A stretch of 64,000 nt of DNA from Lama glama (Eukaryota), in NCBI GenBank assembly GCA_028534125.1, contig CM052817.1, positions 4,094,001 to 4,158,000 on the forward strand, written 5' to 3'. Positions 1 through 12,618 of this stretch are shown here, piece after piece. Position 1 is the stretch's first letter; every line of letters starts with the position of its first letter. The position numbers and the translations under genes were made by a program. The notes under the pieces were generated by a model, which ran no database searches, was not told where the DNA came from, and saw only the letters and a program-made list of their open reading frames with translations.

Positions 1-2480
1 GTACCGCCTGGACCTGCAGGTCTGGCCATGAGTAAGAGAAGCTTCTAGCCCTTCAGTCCGTTAGGTTTACAGAGCTTTTACTGCGCCCTCCCTCATCCTC
101 ACCTGTGCCGGGAGCTCTCCTTCCCTACCCTGGGGCTCCGCTCTGCTGCTGCTTGGCTGCTGGGGGCTGTCTTCCCTTCAAGGACCGCTTCCCTGCTAGG
201 AGGCCAGGCCAGGCCCTGGGGACTCACCCAAGACACATCTGCCCCAGGAGCCCCCACCTGGTGTGGAGGATGAGGCACAGGTGGACGCTCACCCAGGGGC
301 ATCGGTGCTGTGAGGTGAGCTGGGAGGGGTCTCCACCTGCCCCCCAGCTCCCAGCCCCACCCCACTCCCCAGAGAGTATGCCTGGAGGCTGAGCCCAGGG
401 GCTGTGTGGGCAGGCCTCCGCGCCTGCTGGCTTCTGGCTGGGCTTGACCACCGGAGAGACTGGAATGTCTGAGAATAAATAGAGAGGCAGGGTATTTATT
501 CCTCCCTCCCCTCACCCCTTATGCCTCAGGTGGTATCAGAATTTCCAAATGTACCCGTCCCAGGGCACAGCACTTTCCCTGTGTTCCCTTAGAACCTTCC
601 AGAACCTTTGGGAACAGCCTCTTTAAGGAACTCTTCTCCAGTCGCCCAGTTGGCATGTGCCCTCTGCCCTCTGCTGGGGCCCAGGTGAGCCTCGCCCCCT
701 GCTGCCTAGGCCCCCAGAAAAGCACCTGATGGAGGGGGTCTTCCATCCTCATTGTTCCCAACACCCACCCACTGATCTCTGAACACAAGGTCAGAGAAAG
801 CAGTCTGGGTGTCAGGGGACGTGGCACCAAACACTAACACTGCCGATTGTGGGCCCTGGCACACGGCGGGCCTCATCGGCGCACGGCCACCTCCAGGAAC
901 CACATAGCCTGGGCACGGGAGCCCCCGAAGCTGCTTATAGGCTGGAACCAAAAGGGAGTTCCTGGCCCCAACTTGTTGAGGCCTCAAGCCAAGTCAAAGG
1001 TCCTTTCAGTGAGGAATCGGAACTCGGAGGGGCAGACTTCACAGTGAGAGGGGAGACATAGTGCTGTCTTACCCCATTAGGAGACAGGTGTCACTCCACC
1101 CTCTGCCCTCCGCTGGGGAGACCCCTCTCCTTGGGCAGCTTCAGGGACCAGGCAGCAGAGGGGCCTCCCTACTCCATACCTTGGCCATCACCATCCAGAA
1201 GGGACCATCACTAAGAGATGGTCCACAGGTGAGGTGACAGGTGACTTCCAATCACAACTTGCCCACTCTCAGGTGGGCTGGGGAGGTGAGTCTCCCACAG
1301 AGATGCTACAGGCTGGGCCCTCGCGTACTGTACTCTCCTGGTGTCAGTTTATCAGCCCAGGTTCTCCCGTGAGAAGGTAACATGCGACAAGGACATGTGT
1401 CACTTTCGGCCTGTGACTCAGCATCGTCCAGGGACCCTGAGCATCTGACCCTGCCCAGCCCAGTGCCGAGCAGGACAGTTTCTCCTGGTCCAGCCAGCTG
1501 GAGCCCTGCCTTTGGGCACCTCCCCCTCCTCTGCACGGGATTATCCCTGTAACTTGGGTGATACGGAAGACCTAGCTCGTGTGCGTAACCCTTATAAACC
1601 TAGGGGAGCTCATGGCTCACCTCGGAGCACTGACACTCTCAGGAAGCACAGCTCATGCCCCAGAGGGAGGAGGAATCCCAGTCTGTACCCACCTCTCCTG
1701 CAGAACATTGGAGGAGACGCCTTCCTTACCCTCAGCATTGCTTCCTGGAAGCCATTCCCGCCTCCCAGTGATTTTGCCCCACCCCCAGATGCTCCAAAAC
1801 CCCAAACCCCTGCTCTAGGCCCAGGCCCATGGAGCTGGTGTTCTTTCTCTCCCAGCTCTTACCATGTAGGCTAACATCCTTTCTCTGGTCCAGCAGGAAT
1901 CCCTTCTCCTTGGGAGAGGTGAGGGAAGGGGTGGGAGGTGCATAGACAAATATAAAATTCTCTAGCAGGACGGGGGAGGTCTGTGAACACTGGCACATCG
2001 GTGGCGTGCGAAGAACATTCGTTGAGTCACTCGAGGGCTCAAACAGGAGGCCCCGGGTCCCTGCCCCGAGGGCGGGTCTGGTTGGTTCCGGAGCCCGCCC
2101 TTTGTCAGCGCGGAGTTCATAGCCCTCCGTGTAGTTTGCAGCCTTCTGTGTTTACTTCCCTTTGCTCTCGCTCTGGTGTTGCCTAGTCTCATTGAAAGTC
2201 TAGGGCTCTCGCTCCTGGACTCAAGGGCAAAGTCCAAGAGAATGTTTTTATGATGTTTGGGGCGGAGTATTAACGGGGTCTCGGCTCCTGGCTCTGAGCC
2301 TGTGTGCTGAGGCTGCAGACGAGATGAGGGAGGACAGGAGACGCCCAGAGAAAGTGGGGACGGAGGCAGGCGTGGCTCCGTCTGCTCCCCGGGCTCCCGT
2401 CCTGGGGAGATGGCCCTGCAGCCCCGGGTATTTCTTCTTTCTTGCGCGGCCCCGCCTAACGCCTCTCCTTCCCCCACCAG

Positions 2481-2772
2481 CGTCATCATGACCGGGGCCT
2501 ACAACAACTTCTTCCGCATGTTTGACCGCAACACCAAGCGGGACGTGACCCTGGAGGCGTCGCGGGAGAGCAGCAAGCCCCGCGCGGTGCTCAAGCCGCG
2601 GCGCGTGTGCGTGGGCGGCAAGCGCCGGCGGGACGACATCAGCGTGGACAGCTTGGACTTCACCAAGAAGATCCTGCACACGGCCTGGCACCCGGCCGAG
2701 AACATCATCGCCATCGCGGCCACCAACAACCTGTATATCTTCCAGGACAAGGTGAACTCGGACATGCACTAG
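2481..2772 (+). CDS. PPP2R2C: Terminal coding exon of PP2A regulatory subunit B55-gamma (upstream exons lie outside the window)
   Basis: Pyrimidine tract and CAG acceptor end at 2480. The exon then reads [96 protein letters not shown], with TAG at 2770-2772. This is the B55 WD40 C-terminus with the gamma-type NSDMH end, and it neighbours WFS1 as in other mammals. Confidence 0.96.
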
Positions 2773-5240
2773 GCGCCTCGCGGGGCCGTCCCCGCGCGAC
2801 CGTCCGACGGCCACGCGCCGAGCGGCCACCAGGGGGCGCCGGGCCGCCCCTCCCGCGTCCCGAGGCCGAGGCCGGACCGCCTTTGCTGGGGGCTGTCTAA
2901 AACCAGGAAAAAAAGGATTCACAGCTACGAATCATCGTAAACCGACGCGACTGTCGGCCTTGAAGTTCACCTCTTTCATCCCGGGCTTTAACCGCGCGCA
3001 GTCTTTCCCACGGCATTAGGATTTCGACGTCTGCGCGTTCATTCTTCACCACAGCGGTTCCTTTCTGGGGACGCGGGAGCCCCGGGAGCTGTTTCTGTCA
3101 CGCGCCTCCCTGGCCCCAGATCAGGGCTCCAGGGACAGATAACGAAGCTCCAACAAGCCAGCCAGGGATTCTTTTGATGATCAATGGAGCAATTTCCACT
3201 GTCTCAGAGCTAAGGGTCTCACCTTTTTGATTTTTGGATCGTGAATTCATGCTGAGCACCTGCAGAGTCCTCTCTGGGGTTATGTAAATGTCTTTCACTA
3301 TCCCAGGTTGGTTACAGTTTCTTGAGGTGGGGATGGGGTGTATGTCTGTTAGCCTCATTTGAACCACCGTTCGCCCAGCATCTGCCGCGTGCCCTGCGCA
3401 GCGCCGGCCCTTCAGGTCCATGGTCTACTCCCTGCAGCCGCTCTGCCAGCTCTCCTGTCATCCTGGTGGGAACTCTACTGGCTCCACACATGATCTTTCT
3501 GAATCTTCATCCTGACCCCGTGAAGTGGGGGCCCATTCATTTCTTCCATGAATGCCAACAGCTCGCTGAGTGCCAGGCTCTGGGCCAGGTGCCAGGGATT
3601 AAAGGTGAATAACTCGTCATCCCCATTGTACACATGCAGAAACTGAGGCCCAAGGCGTGCGCCAACCAAGCGGAGGAGTCAGGAATCTCATCGCCTCCCT
3701 CCCACAAGGCGCTGTCCAACCCACCACGTAGGGGATGCACGTTAAAGCAGCGTTCTAGCCTGGAAGGTTCTGAAGACGTCTCTTCATCTTGTGAAGCAGG
3801 CAGAGCAGGTGGGACGATGACGAGGGCCCGGGGAGAATGGAGGAGACCCCTGGTGGCTCCTCACCTGTTTGGTAATGAGGAACCCCACCCTCTCTCCATC
3901 CCACATCTGTACCCCAGCCCTCTTCCAGCTGCACTAAACTGCCTCCAAAAGAAAATTGCATGTTATGACCATTTGAGGATAGCTTTTCTTTAATGACCCA
4001 CAGTCTCAGAGGACACTTACCTGAGGGCCCCGGAGGATGTGGTGTCTCCAGAACAGTTCCTCCAGCTCTTGGGGGGGGCTCCCTCGCCAGCCACACCCTT
4101 GTCTTTGCCCTTGGAACTGTAGCAGAACCACGTGGCTTGCATTTTGATTCAGAAAACAGAGTGCAGAGGCCTGACGGAATCCACCTTTTTTTTTTTTTTA
4201 ACAAAATGTAACCTAACCCAGGAAATAGACCCAACCTGAGATTTTTCTCAACGGATAACAATACACTTGTGTGTCAGAACACAAAACGCATGTGCACTCA
4301 CTTCCAGCCATATGATAATTACACAAGGAGATGGCTCCATTGGTTTTTTTTTAAGTCAACATGAATGAAGAATGTTTGTTTATATACCACTGTAAAATCC
4401 AGGTGACCTGGACAGTATTATATGTACATATCTATTCTAATTAAAATTAACAATCACAGGATTGGATTCCTTTTTCTTTCCCTTGTAAAGAGGTTCAAGA
4501 ATGTGGTAAATTGTATAGAAATTTGAAGCCAAAATCCAGCTCTGAGGGCCTTACACAATTACTGGGATATTTGGCGCAATCCATTTCCCTTTGTGATTCA
4601 GATGCTGAGAGGAAACTTACATTTGCAGCTAGAGGTTACTGTCAGATCATAGATTTAACATTTACCATTCCTACAAGGTACAGATCTTCCACTGTATTTG
4701 AAAGGAGGTCTTACTACAGTTCCTGGTTCCTTGCTCTGTTTTAGACTTTGGATATCAAGCCAAAAAAGAAAAAAAAAAAGAGAAAAGAAAGAAAAAGATC
4801 TTCTTGGAAGAAAAAGCATGTCTTTGGATCCCTGGACAATAATGGTGTCCAAAGCATATTGTGAATAACATGTGTGTTGAGATAAGATGCTGTGGGGGGA
4901 GGGGCAGACTAGTAATGGCAGAAGGGCCAGTAAAATAGTCACAGACTTCGCTTCCTTACTCGGTTTAACTTTTCTGCTCTTATTGAATGTACGGGCGTTC
5001 ACAGAGTCATTGTGAAGTTGTTCGGTTGTTTTTGTTTCTATTTCAGTACTTGCTGAGGACTGGGCGTTCGGAGGCGCTGGGTACGTGGTACCAGCGTAGA
5101 CAGACCTGCCCATGTTGGACTCCGTAACTCATAGGTGCATTTTTGTTTTCTTTGGTGTCTCACAGGTTATCCAACTGTTGAATAAAATTATAAATATGTT
5201 AATACCAGCTTTTTCCAATAAAATAACAAACGTTACATTG
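2773..5240 (+). other. PPP2R2C: PPP2R2C 3' UTR (end approximate)
   Basis: Follows the stop codon. The proximal part is CpG-rich; the distal part (4180-5230) is AU-rich and ends at two AATAAA hexamers. Confidence 0.75.
5181..5222 (+). terminator. Tandem polyadenylation signals of PPP2R2C
   Basis: AATAAA at 5181-5186 and 5217-5222, followed by a GT/T-rich tract (ctttgtgttt, 5261-5270). Confidence 0.7.
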
Positions 5241-5620
5241 AAAATGAGTCTCAGAATGCTCTTTGTGTTTAATGAGGCCAACCCCGGGGTTGTGGGTCCC
5301 CAATCCAGAGCCAAGGGGTACATGTGGGAAGCCGGGTTCACCTCCAGGGTTTCCTACCTCCAGCTCCTAATGCAGCTTTTAACCTTTCCAAGCCCTGATT
5401 TCATCACCAAGGAAATGGAGCTAATGATTATTACCGACCTCGTAGTTTGAGCGTGTTGGGAGAGGAGTGAAATTAAATTGGATATGGTCTGCAAAGCACA
5501 GAAGCTGGCAGGTAAGCGCTCAGTAAATGACAGCTGTTTTGTTTTGGTTTGAAGCAAGTGAGCACAGCCTGCCACAATTTCCAGATATTCTTATACTCTC
5601 CCATGATCTTTTGTTGACCC

Positions 5621-7068
5621 TGTCAATGAAAAATTAATCAGTCAATCTAAGAAAGAAACAGAAATTTTAATTTGAGCCAAATTTGAGGATTATAACCCGG
5701 GAAGAGCATCTCAGAAAGCTCTGAGGACTGTTCCACCTGTTAGAAATCAAGGAACAGTTGTGTAAGTTTTTTGAGACAGAGGGCTGTAGGTACACCAAAT
5801 GACATTTTTTTAAATTTTAAATTAAAATCAGTTATAATGTGTCAATTTCTGGTGTACAGCACAATGTCCCAGTCATGTGTATATATATATGTACATACAT
5901 ATATTTGTTTTCATGTTCTTTTTCATTAAAGGTTAATACAAGATATTGAATATAGTTCCTGTGCTATACAGAAGAAATTTGGTTTTTTTAATCAATTTTT
6001 ATGTATAGTGGCTAACATTTGCAAATCTCAAACTCCCAAATGTATCCCTTCCCTCACCCTTCCCCTTTGTAACCATGATTGTTTACTATGTCTGTGAGTC
6101 TGTTTCTGTTTTGTAGATGAGTTCATCAGTGCCCTTTTCTTCCCTTTTCTTAGATTCCACATATGAGTGATGTCATATGGTATTTTTCTTTCTCTTTCTG
6201 GCTTACTTCACTTAGAATGATGATCTCTAGGTCCATCCATGTTGCTGCAAATGGCATTATTTTATTCTTTTTTATGGCTGAATAGTATTCCTTTGTATAA
6301 ATATACCACAGCTTCTTTATCCAGTCATCTGTCAATGGACATTAAGTTTCTTCCATGTCCTGGCTATTGGGAATAGTGCTACTATGAACATTGGGGTGCA
6401 TGTATCTTTTCCAATTGGAGTCCCCTCCAGATATATGTCCAGGAGTGGGATTGCTGGATCACAGGGTAAGTCTATTTTTAGTTTTTTGAGGAATCTCCAT
6501 GCTGTTTTCCATAATGGCTGCACCAAATTACATTCCCACCAGCAGTGTAGGAGGGTTCCCTTTTCTCCACACCCTCTCCAGCATTTATTTTTCACGGATT
6601 TGTTAATGATGGCCATTCTAACTGGTGTGAGGTGATACCTCATTATAGTTTTGATTTGCATTTCTCTGATAATTAGCAATACTGAGCATTTTTTCATGTG
6701 CCTATTGGCCGTTGGAGAATTGCTTATTTGGATCTTCAGTGCATTTTTGGATTGGGTTTTGTTTTTTTACTCAAACGACGTATTATTGACATTTTACATA
6801 ACCCAGATCTAAGCGTCATCCTGTGGGTCATATGACTGCTTGTAAGATCAGGAAGGAATGTTACCTTTTAAGGAGCTGTCTTGTTGATGCTGAGAGCACA
6901 TTGCTCTTTACGGCTGAGCAGGCGTCCCTGCCTGCGGGGAAGGTTTTCCCCACGCGTCATGCAGGTACGCAGTGCACAGTGGAGCAGCGAGGGGGCCAAA
7001 GGGCAGAGAAGAATTTTGGATGTTTAAACTTTTCTTGGCTTGCCATAAAATACGAATTTCATTTCACA
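5621..7068 (-). mobile_element. ERV1-class solo LTR interrupted by an L1 insertion
   Basis: TG...CA termini (5621 tgtca..., ...tttcaca 7068) flanked by an exact 4-bp duplication ACCC (5617-5620 and 7069-7072). About 480 bp remain once the L1 is removed. Strand is inferred. Confidence 0.65.
5805..6767 (-). mobile_element. 5'-truncated LINE-1 (ORF2 C-terminus, 3' UTR and A-tail)
   Basis: ORFs 6332-6697 ([24 protein letters not shown]...[18 protein letters not shown]) and 6150-6335 ([20 protein letters not shown]) are the L1 ORF2 cysteine-rich C-terminus, frameshifted. Poly-T at 5805; degenerate TSD at 5791-5804 and 6768-6780. Confidence 0.93.
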
Positions 7069-7439
7069 ACCCTCACATCCAACTTTGGACTATGGTACAG
7101 GGGAGGAATTGAGGTTCAGAGAGGTTAAGGAATTGGCACAAGATCACACAGCTAGCATGTGTTGGAACTGAGTTTCGAGTTGGGCCCTGTTAACTCCCAA
7201 TACAGCTCCCCCAGCAGCGCCACCCCACAGGTGTCCCAGTGTCCGAGGAACGGGAGCTGGGAGGGGCCCGACTACAGGGCATCTGAGTTGGTTCTGGAAG
7301 CCAGAGAGGCCCAGCCCTGTCTGCTGGGCTGGCTAAGCCAGTGTGGGGGAGTGCTTTCTGCACCCCGCGGCTTCCCCTCACCCTGCTGGGAGCCCAGGCC
7401 CAGCCTCTCCACTTTCAAGAGGACATTTTTTTTTAATGT

Positions 7440-8060
7440 GCATTGGTGTATTTATTTGCAGCCATTTAAAACTCTTAAAATTTGAATTTTTAACGTAAAA
7501 ATGAGAATCAAATTCTTTTTAATTTAGGAATGTCGTACTATCTGTCTTTGTTCCTGAGGATGTGAGTTTTAATGGTTACGTGGCATCCAGCTGTGTAAAT
7601 AAACCCGATTAATTTAAAATTCTTTCTCTCTGGGAAGTTTGCTGTACACTTTCCGTGGTGTAAATAATGCTACAAGGATTTCTCTGCATTGCTGATTTTC
7701 TCCAGGATTAAATCTAAGTACTGTGAAAACTGCGTCAAGGAATATGATCATGTTTTAAGCTTTTGATAAATTTATCAAATTGCTTTAAAAATATTCTATC
7801 ATTTTATGCTCCCATCAGCTGATGGGGTCAAAATAATAAAGTTTAACAATCATTGCCAAATGGGCAAAATAATCTCATTATTGTTTTAATTTGCATATTT
7901 TAAATTTTCATATAGTTTAATTTTTTAAATAAGCTTTAATAGATAACTATATTGTTTCCTGTAGCTAATTTCCAAGTGTGATAGATTTCCATTTTAGGTT
8001 TTTTTTTTTCCTCTCTTTTTTGCTCATCCTTTTTCTTTCCTTGATTTCAAAGCATTTCAA
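7440..8060 (-). mobile_element. Ancient degraded L1 (L1ME-like) fragment
   Basis: AT-rich block with L1 3' phrases such as 'atctcattattgttttaatttgcat' and 'aataatgctacaag'. Confidence 0.5.
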
Positions 8061-8504
8061 CAGGGCATTATTTAACTTCCGGCCCAGCAGGAGGAAGGCA
8101 GCAGCTGCTCTGGGGCTCTGCTGGCAGGACTTTCATTGTCCATCAACCACACCACCCCAGGGCAGAGCATAAAGAACGTCGCTTCCTGGCTGCGCGACCC
8201 AGGACACGGGGCTAACCTCCCTGAACCACACGTGTGAATAGAGGGCGACGCCACTTCTCGGCTGGGATGTCCAGCGAGGTAATGAAAGTACATTATTGAA
8301 CCCTGTGGCCCCACTGTGTGGGGGCTTCATGGGCAGTATCTCGTTTAGGCTTCGTGTGACCCCCTTTGTGGTGGTGGGGGTACTACTGTTGTACTCATTT
8401 CCACATTAAGAAACTGAGACTTAGAGAGATTAAGATTTAACTTGTGCCGAAATTCATAGAACTTGTGAGTGGTGCAGTCTGGACTCAAACTCAGATGGTG
8501 CAAG

Positions 8505-8992
8505 CACAGGCAGGTGGCAGATGCCCAAAGGATGGGGACAGTATCGCAGCCTCAGCCCCACCCTGGGACTTTGCGGGTGTGATGAAGGTCACAGACCTTG
8601 AGATGGAGAGCGGATCTGGGTTATCCAGGAGGGACCAAACAGTCAAATGAGTTCCAGAGCGTGGAGAGCCTCTGTTGGCCATACTCAGAGGGAGATGTGG
8701 CAATGGAGAAAGAATCAGAGACGTGACATGAGGACTCCACCTGCCGTCGCTGGCTCTGAAGATGGAGGAAGAAGCCACAGGTCAAGGAACGTGGCGTCAG
8801 AAGCTGGAAGAGGCAAGGAAATGGCTTCTCCCCTAGAGCTTCCGGAAGGAGCCCAGCCCTGCCGACAGCTTGCTTTCAGCCCAGTGAGACCATGTGAGGC
8901 TTCTGACTCTCAGGCTGTAGGAGACTAAGTGTGTTATTTAAAGCCACTCAGTTTTCGATCATTTGTCTCAGTGGCCCTTGGAATGGAATACA
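8505..8992 (+). mobile_element. MaLR LTR (MLT1D/C-like)
   Basis: Hallmark phrases gggactttgc...ccttgagatgg, gaagctggaagaggcaaggaaatggcttctcccctagagc and tttaaagccactcagttt. Confidence 0.8.
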
Positions 8993-9579
8993 CACAGTAC
9001 CTTCATTCTGATCTGGCAGCAAACCCGCTCAGCAGATTCCTGTCTGCTTTCTCAGATGAGGACCCCAGAGAGGTCCAAGCACTTGCCTCAGTTTGCACAG
9101 CGAAGGCAAATTGGCCTCCATGCTGCCCTTCTTGAGGGCGGCCACGACGGGACCCGCTGGGAACTCCGGGCAACGCTCAGGGGCTAGCAGCCAGATGGTG
9201 GCACAGACAGGTGAGCGGGTCTCCCAGAGGGCCAGGGACCTGGGGGAGCTGCTGGTGGACGGGCCCCCTACTCCAAGCCAGGCCCTGGGCTGAGCTGTGG
9301 TCAGGCCACAGAGGGAGCCCTCCAGGGGCCATGAAATCAAACTGTCATCAGATTCATCAACTCTCCTCCCCTCCCCAGAACTGAACCATCTACAGACCAT
9401 TGCCCACTCAGATGAAAACATTCTGTCACCCTGTCTCCCCTGAGCCCTGAAGGCTCTGAGGCTCCTGACACGCCCTGGGCTACATCCTGAAGCCTTGGCC
9501 TGAAGTGTGGGCCACTTGGTGAGCTGCCCGGTCACCCCATCAGATTCTTTCCCACCACATTTTGCATCATTATTGTATT

Positions 9580-9790
9580 ATGAGTGGGCCCTTCTGAGCC
9601 ACGTGCTCTACCAGGCACCAAGCCGAGAGCTTTGTGTACATCTCTGCACGGTCACCATAAAAGAAGATGCTGTGATTTCCTCATTTTACAAAGAAGGAAA
9701 CTGAGGCCCAAAGAGGGGTGAGCACCTTGTCCAAGTCTACAGACTTGGGAGTGCTGCAGCCAGGACCCGCTCTCAGGTGCCGTGTCCCCA
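9580..9790. mobile_element. MIR SINE (representative; similar cores near 3620, 7090, 8390, 10540, 15590, 27110, 38140, 40270, 44230, 55790 and 59150)
   Basis: MIR core cattttaca..gaaggaaactgaggccca..gaggg..agcaccttgtccaag. Confidence 0.65.
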
Positions 9791-10649
9791 AACTGGGTCC
9801 TGGGCTCTCTGCCACTTGGACCACCTCAGGTCCCAGCGGGTGATCCCTGAGCGATGTTTCTGGGCCACTGCTCCTGGTCCTCCTCTGCTGGGAACTAACT
9901 CCACAGCCTGGAAACTCAGGCTAGGTCAGGACCTGCAGAAGAAGTTCAGTCTCTGGATGAAAATTTTAACAAAGGCTTCCCAGCTTCGAGGGGTGGTTTC
10001 CTAGCAACCAAGAAGCTTTTAGAGCTCAAAATAATTGCCTAAGCCCCTGAGTGATTCATTTCAAACAGCCATGGCCTTTAAAAAAAAAAAACAAAGCCCC
10101 ATTATCTCTATCTGGATGCTGTTAGAATTCTGCAGGAGGCCCACACACTCAAATGACACGATGAATTTTGGAGAGGGACTGAAAATCCGCAAAAGGCAGT
10201 AATATTAGGACAAAGGTTAAAATAAAAATGGAAAGGAATCCGTTATTCAAATTATGCTAAAAGATGTCCAAACATGCAAAATAGAGATGGAAAAATGACT
10301 TATTCATTTAATACACATGCAAAGTCTATGAGAAGTGCAAATAACTGCATTATTTATAAATGTGCCAGATAAGAACTAACCTCACCATTTATCTTTGCAA
10401 ACCTGGTTAAGCATTCATCTGTTCATTCAACAAATATTTTCTGGGTGCCCTCTAGGCGAGCAGCACTGAGGCTAAGTGGCTGAGAGGGAGGACCCTGGAC
10501 CCAGGCTCAGGGATTCACATCCTAACTTTGACGGCAGCTGTGGATCTGGGGCCGTTACCTACCCTCGCCGCACTGTTTTCTCATCCACAAACGTGGAGAA
10601 TGACAGTCCCTACCTTGTGGGGTGGGGTAGATAAAACAAGAATAACCTT

Positions 10650-11191
10650 GTGGCCGTGAAAGTTTTTAAAGGGAAAGGGGAAATAATCTCAGTTAATCAT
10701 TGAAACCGGGGTCAGAGTCGTTGCCACGCCTCACCGCGTGCAGGCTTGTCGACTTCCTGTGACTTTCTTTAGACGCTGTCTTGTTCACAGAGCTTGTTCG
10801 CGAGATGACTGAAGGGGAAGCCAGGGAGGAGACCTGGTCATCTGTCAATTTCTTATTCTGCATTTCTACTTCTTTGATTAACGGAAAGAACCGACAGGTT
10901 AGGCATGGTGTTGTGTGATCAAGATTTGAAAACTGTGCTTGGGTCAGGGATGAATAGGGCATGGAGCGCCAGGTTTAAGGTTAGTAACAAGACAAAACGT
11001 GCCTCCTGCAAAAAGCTCTCTACTGTCCAAAACAGCTTACATGACCAAGGATTCAAAGGACCTGAAAGGTGAGCTAGGGTAAGTAGAGAATGGGGGTGCC
11101 TGGTTTACGGGTAGCGACAATATAGCTTTGCTAAGGAAACGAGACAAGGGGCCTCCTGCAAAGAGCTCTTTCCTGCCAGAAGCTGCTAACA
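10650..11191. mobile_element. Possible ERV LTR
   Basis: About 540 bp ending ...gctgctaaca, with an internal duplicated motif cctcctgcaaaa(ag)agctct near 11002 and 11152. No clean TSD. Confidence 0.35.
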
Positions 11192-12618
11192 CTTAGGGGG
11201 CCTGGTCACCAGCAAAGAGCCTGGCCTGTCTTGGCCAGAGCAACAATCAAGAGGGATCCGGGGTGGCTGACTCGGTCCTCGGGCACCACAGTGTGGGAGG
11301 GAATTCCCAGGGACGGAATGGGGGATGCAGCCAGAAGTGAAAAGGAAGATGAGTACCCAGGTCCCGGATTAAGGAAGAAACAGAGGGACTGGGGCATCAG
11401 CCAAGGCCCAAGAAGTATCCCTGGGCCCAGAAGTTAGAGCCCACCGCTTCCCTCTCCCTGGGTTCCAGCTGCGGGGGGCGGCCAGCAGCCCTGGCAGTAA
11501 GGCTGGTGCTGGGGCGAGGGCAGCAGCGAGGCTGGGCGCCCGGTGGCTGGGGGAGGCGGGGGTGAGACTGAGCAGGTGATGGATGCTGGAATCACCTCAA
11601 CGTAGTGTTGTTAGGGCTTTTCAACTTGTAGGTTGTCGACAAGTGCTTCTACCTTGAAGCTGGATGAGAAAGGGTCGAGAAAGAAGAGAAAGTGGGACAG
11701 GGGAGGGAGAGCCCGAGGCTCTGTCGGCGTCCAGGCAGGTGCTTCTAACCCAGAGGATGGTGGGAAACAGGCAAAGAGGGCTGGGCTGAGCCCCTTCCCA
11801 CAGGACCCTGGGGGAGCGAGCAGTGGCCGGGGGACCTGGAGTGGGGGTACCTCGTAAGCCAGCGGGACTCACCGTGCTGTGCATTGCCATCCCGGTCCTG
11901 GCTCAGGTCCTCCTGGCTCAGGTGAGTAACAGGGAACCCAGGGCAAGTTTTGGCCCAGGCTTGGGTCAGAGCGTTTGAGGGGACAGAAGTCCACAGAACT
12001 GGGCAAAGGAGACGGACTGATGTGAACAGCAGGTGCAGAGGCGGGCACTCAGATCCGCCTGGAGACCGATCCCACACCATGGTGGAGAATTCGGCTGCTA
12101 TTACTTTTAAGATAGTGACTTAAGCAAGTTTCCAAGGACGCTTTAACATTTGGGTGGTTAGGTGTACAAACAAGCAAAGATTTCTGGGTGCTTTTTGTCC
12201 CAACATTTTATTATAAAAAACATAGTTAGGTGCCCTTTTAAGGATATCCAAATATATTCCTTTTGCTCCTTTCTAGAAGTAACTACTGTATGCATTTTAT
12301 TTTTTTATGCCTCCATCTCACATATAATTTATGCCCCATTCTGCCCCTATGTGCAGAAAGGGTTGAGGCCTCTGGGAATTTCCAGCCTTCAAGGGCACCT
12401 GCCCTCAGAACACAGAGCTCTCTGTCCCCTTGTAACGGGCTGTGTGTAACGGGAGGACACCATGCTCCTCCCCACTCTGCACTGCCATCTGTGGGTACTC
12501 CAGCCTCAACTCCAGAGAAAGAACTTCAGAGTATTCAATGGAGCCCAGGAAGCAGCCAAGCAGAGGCCAGCAGGGTGGCTTGAATCCCAGCTCCAAGACT
12601 AGGCTGTGACAGCTGGAC

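Noticed and set aside
2410..2480. N-terminal extension [10 protein letters not shown]... of the PPP2R2C ORF
   Set aside because: It is intron sequence upstream of a clear pyrimidine tract and CAG acceptor.
2248..2922. 224-aa antisense ORF over the PPP2R2C last exon
   Set aside because: Shadow of GC-rich codons; no recognisable domain.
6150..6697. ORFs with plausible protein sequence
   Set aside because: Frameshifted L1 ORF2 remnant, not a host gene.
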